From the NCBI GenBank assembly GCA_031458695.1, contig JAVKJW010000026.1:1-30256 (forward strand): a stretch of DNA of 30,256 bases. The letters run 5' to 3'. The notes beneath the pieces are model-generated. The model saw only the letters and a list, made by a program, of their open reading frames with translations, did not search any database and was not told the origin of the DNA. How positions within the stretch are numbered: the stretch's first letter is position 1; the number at the start of each line of letters is the position of its first letter. Below are positions 26,289 to 30,256 of this stretch, one piece after another. The stretch comes from Candidatus Thermofontivivens primus (lineage in GTDB: Bacteria > Sysuimicrobiota > Sysuimicrobiia > Sysuimicrobiales > Thermofontiviventaceae). The translations under genes and the position numbers were made by a program.

Positions 26289-26795
26289 CTACGTCACCGA
26301 TACTCGGATTGGATTGGTCAAGCAGTACACTGCTGGGCAGCGCTGGGCCGCTAGCTCTTTGACCCGCTGGATCGTGGAAGGATCCGCATCCGCTTCGATC
26401 AATGGGACAATGGTGATCCCTTCGGCAATCGGGTTCTCGGAGAGGCCGAAGACTCTGCTGAAGTCCAGGGTGGTTTCCACGGTTACCTCAAGGCGCTTCA
26501 GGGTCACACCCTGTTCTGCTGCCACAGAAGCCAGGGTACCTGCGAAACACGCGGCAAAGCCGTACAGGCAGTACTGGATTGGGCCAGGCCGCGTCCCTCC
26601 TCCCCCCAAAAAGGTCGGCTGGTCCATCTCCAGGACGCTCTCCCCGCCTTCGAACTTCACCACAGCTGTGAACTGGGGTTCCCCCTCCTGCACATTCCAA
26701 ACCCCCTGTAAGGAGGCAGGTCGCTTGGCCTTGTCAGGGTCCTCCCGGAACTCTTGTGCCGTCTGAAGCAGCTTCTGGACATGGACGTTGTGCAT
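26289..26795 (-). CDS. OsmC-family protein
   Basis: DQPTFLGGGGTRPGP, FAACFAG, QRCP (two-Cys OsmC/Ohr pattern). Confidence 0.88.
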   Translation of the reverse strand: MHNVHVQKLLQTAQEFREDPDKAKRPASLQGVWNVQEGEPQFTAVVKFEGGESVLEMDQPTFLGGGGTRPGPIQYCLYGFAACFAGTLASVAAEQGVTLKRLEVTVETTLDFSRVFGLSENPIAEGITIVPLIEADADPSTIQRVKELAAQRCPAVYCLTNPIRVSVT

Positions 26796-26806
26796 GATCC
26801 ACCCCC

Positions 26807-27244
26807 CTACGCTTCAGGATCATGGTCTGCGACCACCACCTCATAGGTGAGGTCCGCAGTCTTCTTCAGCATTGCCGACACCGAACAGTACTTCTCTTGG
26901 GAAAGCGTCGCTGCCTTCTCGACCTGATCGTGCTGCAACCCTTCCCCCCAGGCCACATAGCGTACGTGGATCTGCGTGAACACTTTTGGGTGCTCAGGAG
27001 CCCGTTGTGCGCTTACTTCAATCCTCATGCCCGCAAGAGGAGCCCGCATCTTGCGAAGGATGGAGACCACATCCATCCCCGTACACCCGGCAAGGGCAAT
27101 GAGAACAGATTCCATAGGCGTAGGTCCTGCCCCACTCCCACCATGGTCGGGATGCGCATCGAGAGTTATCGAGCTCCCACTCGATGCGAAACCGTCAAAC
27201 CGCATGGGCGGTGTCCATTGAACCTTTACGTCCACGGTCCTCAC
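26807..27244 (-). CDS. OsmC-family protein (YhfA-like)
   Basis: GPTPME, LAGCTGMDVVSILRK, HPKVFT, LSQEKYCSVS. Confidence 0.9.
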   Translation of the reverse strand: MRTVDVKVQWTPPMRFDGFASSGSSITLDAHPDHGGSGAGPTPMESVLIALAGCTGMDVVSILRKMRAPLAGMRIEVSAQRAPEHPKVFTQIHVRYVAWGEGLQHDQVEKAATLSQEKYCSVSAMLKKTADLTYEVVVADHDPEA

Positions 27245-27933
27245 TCCCCCACATTTCCTGAACTCCCCGAGGCCGCCACGAGCACATGCTCTAGAAAAGC
27301 CTCTTCAGGGAGAGCACCTTCGAAGCTCGTCGTTTCGTTGATGACGACCTTGGGGACACCATAGACTCCGTAGCGGTCTGCAAGCGCAGGGAACTCCATC
27401 GCCTCGATCACGTCGGCACGCACGCGGGGAGACTCCATCGCCATGGCGTGGGCGATGCGGCTTGCTCTCGGGCAGTAAGGACAAGTGGGGGTCACGAAGA
27501 CTTGGATATGGATATCCTTCTCCAGGGACGCCAACGCGAGTTTCGTCCGCTCGCTCAGGATCGTCCGCCCCCGGGAAATGTCGATCAGGTCGTCGAGAAG
27601 GACAGCAAACTCAAACCCGGCTGGGATCCCGTAGAAACGGACCCTGGATTCGTTGTCCCGGCTCAGGAGAATGGCTGGGATGCGCTCCACCCCGTATGCT
27701 CTGGCGCTCTCTGGGTTTGTGAGGATATTGTGTACCTCCAAGGAGATCCGCGAATCGAGGCTCGCGAGTTCACGGAGAAGCTGGTAGGTTGTGGGACAGT
27801 ACTCGCATTCTGCACCCGGGATCGCTAGCCCCTCGGTTGAGTTGGTGAAGAATCGGATCGTGACTGGCTCTACGAGATCGCTGGAAAAGCGCTGGCGGAT
27901 TGTTTCGACGTCTTTTGGTTTCAGGAGCCCCAT
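27241..27933 (-). CDS. Protein disulfide oxidoreductase (double thioredoxin fold, PDO / AhpF-NTD-like)
   Basis: CEYC and CPYC motifs, GIPAGFEF, VFVTPTCPYCP, VYGVPK, FEGALPE; SD TAGGAGG. Confidence 0.92.
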   Translation of the reverse strand: MGLLKPKDVETIRQRFSSDLVEPVTIRFFTNSTEGLAIPGAECEYCPTTYQLLRELASLDSRISLEVHNILTNPESARAYGVERIPAILLSRDNESRVRFYGIPAGFEFAVLLDDLIDISRGRTILSERTKLALASLEKDIHIQVFVTPTCPYCPRASRIAHAMAMESPRVRADVIEAMEFPALADRYGVYGVPKVVINETTSFEGALPEEAFLEHVLVAASGSSGNVGE

Positions 27934-27963
27934 GTCGGTTCCCTCCTATAAACTCTACCCTGT

Positions 27964-27992
27964 ATTGTATTTCTCCCCTCCCCAAGCGTCAA
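27964..27992 (-). promoter_or_regulatory. Sigma70/SigA promoter of the PDO-OsmC-OsmC-CsoR operon
   Basis: TTGACG-N17-TACAAT, 30 nt upstream of the ATG; overlapped by a TAC...GTA pseudo-palindrome (27955-27970). Confidence 0.78.
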
Positions 27993-28085
27993 GGGAAAAA
28001 TTTGCAACTTCCAACGCCTTCCTTGGAGATCCCATTATAATGGATCTTACGAAGACAATAGCCAACCGCTCGAGGAGGAAACCCG

Positions 28086-28442
28086 ATGGAGAAGCTAGCG
28101 GAACTGCGTTGCATAGCTTGCAGGGAGGGAGAACCAACCCTTACCGACGAGGAGATCGCTACCCTCCTTCCCCAGGTATCTGGGTGGCAAGTCATTGAAG
28201 AAAATGGAATCAAGCGACTTCGGCGGACCTTCCGGTTCAAAGACTTTGCAAGCGCCCTGGCCTTCACCTCCAAAGTAGGGGAACGAGCGGAGCAGGAGGG
28301 CCATCACCCGGCGATCCTGACGGAATGGGGGAAAGTCACCGTTACCTGGTGGACGCACAAGATCAAAGGACTCCATCGCAACGACTTCATCATGGCAGCC
28401 AAGACCGATGCCCTTTACGCTCCTGAGGGAAGCAATGAGTAA
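28086..28442 (+). CDS. phhB: Pterin-4-alpha-carbinolamine dehydratase
   Basis: CIACREG, FRFKDF, AEQEGHHP, WWTHKIKGLHRNDFIMAAKTD; SD GAGGAGG. Confidence 0.95.
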   Translation: MEKLAELRCIACREGEPTLTDEEIATLLPQVSGWQVIEENGIKRLRRTFRFKDFASALAFTSKVGERAEQEGHHPAILTEWGKVTVTWWTHKIKGLHRNDFIMAAKTDALYAPEGSNE

Positions 28443-28774
28443 AACCTGCCAGTTAAAACGCCTCCCCCCTTAAGGACTTGGTGCGGGTCATCGAGCAGGA
28501 CCACTACGCGGTTCAATATGGCGCGGCGAAGCAGAACGTTCTCGCGGATCCTGGCGTAAGGGAATATCCCATCTCATCAAAGCCCACATGGATCACTCGC
28601 CTCCTTGAGGATATGGTCACAGCGGGCTAGGGGCCTCCTGGCAATGGCAATCGTCGCAATCGGGCGGACGCGCCAGTGGGCGATCTCTGTGTAGACTCGG
28701 TGGAATGAAAGGATGGGCTTTGTGCGCTGGGCGGCATCGGTGAGCATGAAGTGTATCCACCCGCTGCCTGTTGT

Positions 28775-30256
28775 TCACCTGCGGCTCACGACCAGGTGCT
28801 GGGCTACCTCCTCTTCTCTATGGCCATTGGCAGGCTTGGCCCCGTCAGTCTCTCGTTTGAACTGTGCTATGGCCTTCTGGAGAACCTCTGCCATCTCGCG
28901 TAAGTCCCTCGCTGAGGCGCTCATTTGTGCCACTTGGGCTGCTACCTCTTGAGTTGCAGCGCTTACTTGCTGGGCGGCAGCGCTGTTTTCCTCACTGACA
29001 CTCACGGTGTCCTCCATTGCCTTCTTGACTTCGGTGATCCCAGCCGTTATCTGCTCGGTATATGCTGTGTACTCCTCCACAATCGATGAGACGTTCTCAA
29101 TAGCTTTCACTAGTTCTCCTCCCACTTCTTGCGTTAACCTCTCCATGGCCTGCACTGCGTCGTTCATCGCCTGGCGTACCACCACGATGAGCTCACCGAT
29201 TTCTTTCGCAGAGAGAGCAGACTGTTCAGCAAGCTTCCGCACCTCCTCCGCCACCACTGCAAATCCTCGGCCCTGTTCTCCTGCTCGTGCAGCTTCGATC
29301 GCGGCATTCAGCGCAAGCAGGTTGGTCTGAGAGGCGATTGTATTGATCGTTTCAACAATCTCCCCGATCTGATGCGAGCGCGTGCCCATTTCCCGTACTT
29401 TGTCGGCAGATTCAGCAACTTTACTGCGAATGCGCGTGATCATCTCGGAGGCGCGCTGCACGGACATTTTCTGTTCCTGGGCCCCCTTGGCGACACCCTC
29501 GACCCCATGGGTCATTTCCTCGATAGATTTAGCGGCGGCGGTCATCCGTTCCATCTGCTGCATAGCGGCCCTGGCAACCTGGTCGATTGTAGCCGCGATC
29601 TGGATGACCGCCGTCTTGGACTGCTCGGTTGCACTGGAGAGCTGGGTGCTGGCTTCAAGGAGGTGGCGGCTCGTCTGAATGCTTTGCGTCAATGCCTCTC
29701 GAAGCTGAGCTTTGTACTGCCCGTAGTAGTCCGATACATCGTGTCCGGTGGACTGCATCTGCACGGCGCCCAGGTCCACACCAAATGACTGCAAGACATC
29801 ATTGAAGAAGGACTCCGCGACCGCCTGCATGTCGTAGTTGAACACAGTGAAGATCGCTCGTTCGGCTCTGCTCCAGAAGCCCGGACGGAGAGGGAATGAT
29901 CTGCGGAGGTACTTGCGCACCAGATCTTGATATAGGGCGTAGCTGCCGATATACCACTTGAGGGGCAGGTCGATCACGTTGTGCACCATGCCCACCACGA
30001 GCCGCCGCTCAAAGTAGCTCAGGCCGAATTCCCCTCCGGCGGCCGCTTCGCGGAAGATCTGGCGGAAATACTCCGCCTGCGTTCGTTCCAGTCCCTGCCG
30101 CAACTGCTCGATCGGGATACCTTTCATCCTCGCAAAATTCTCGAAGAACGCTCTGGTCTCCGAGAATCCGAACTGATGGTCATAGAATTCTTTTGCAATC
30201 GCATCTGCGACGCGCTCAGCCCATCCCGTGAGTCGCTTCAGGATATGGATATCTTC
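28775..30256 (-). CDS. Globin-coupled methyl-accepting chemotaxis protein (HemAT-like), 5'-truncated by window edge
   Basis: Frame is open to the window end: EDIHILKRL...KEFYDH (B10 Tyr)...[10 protein letters not shown] (F8 His) [17 protein letters not shown] hairpin [37 protein letters not shown]; no TM segment in the visible part. Confidence 0.92.
   Translation of the reverse strand, partial: EDIHILKRLTGWAERVADAIAKEFYDHQFGFSETRAFFENFARMKGIPIEQLRQGLERTQAEYFRQIFREAAAGGEFGLSYFERRLVVGMVHNVIDLPLKWYIGSYALYQDLVRKYLRRSFPLRPGFWSRAERAIFTVFNYDMQAVAESFFNDVLQSFGVDLGAVQMQSTGHDVSDYYGQYKAQLREALTQSIQTSRHLLEASTQLSSATEQSKTAVIQIAATIDQVARAAMQQMERMTAAAKSIEEMTHGVEGVAKGAQEQKMSVQRASEMITRIRSKVAESADKVREMGTRSHQIGEIVETINTIASQTNLLALNAAIEAARAGEQGRGFAVVAEEVRKLAEQSALSAKEIGELIVVVRQAMNDAVQAMERLTQEVGGELVKAIENVSSIVEEYTAYTEQITAGITEVKKAMEDTVSVSEENSAAAQQVSAATQEVAAQVAQMSASARDLREMAEVLQKAIAQFKRETDGAKPANGHREEEVAQHLVVSRR

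Noticed and set aside
26289..27933. Selenocysteine read-through in the redox genes
   Set aside because: All catalytic positions are ordinary Cys codons and the ORFs are full length, with no in-frame TGA.

Overview
GC-rich bacterial chromosomal window, almost all genes on the minus strand. A T-box riboswitch, SLH-like repeats and strong GGAGG Shine-Dalgarno (SD) sites point to a Terrabacteria-type lineage (inference only). Most of it is housekeeping, read in the direction of transcription: a partial globin-coupled (HemAT-like) chemoreceptor, phhB (+ strand), a CstR-like redox operon (protein-disulfide oxidoreductase, two OsmC proteins, CsoR-family repressor), tRNA-Lys and tRNA-Leu, tig-clpP-clpX-lon, T-box-controlled valS, an FmdB zinc-ribbon gene, a SPOR gene, surE-ftsE-ftsX-envC-ctpA-yibQ, gdhA, an FAD oxidoreductase, an orphan livF, and a partial histidine kinase (+ strand). 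The most interesting part is a ~4.4 kb accessory block (11329-15764). In it, a sigma28-like promoter precedes a c-di-GMP-I riboswitch whose P1 stem sequesters the SD of a secreted HExxH metalloprotease with PPEP/lethal-factor-like motif spacing. A divergent SLH-like surface protein and a TPR gene lie on one side. On the other side is a convergent cassette in which an RfaH-type NusG paralog sits between two non-phosphorylatable NarL/LuxR regulators with identical recognition helices. Together this looks like a candidate motile/sessile surface-remodelling switch. A dispersed family of ~30-40 bp intergenic palindromes is also present. All calls come from motif recognition by eye; no searches were run.
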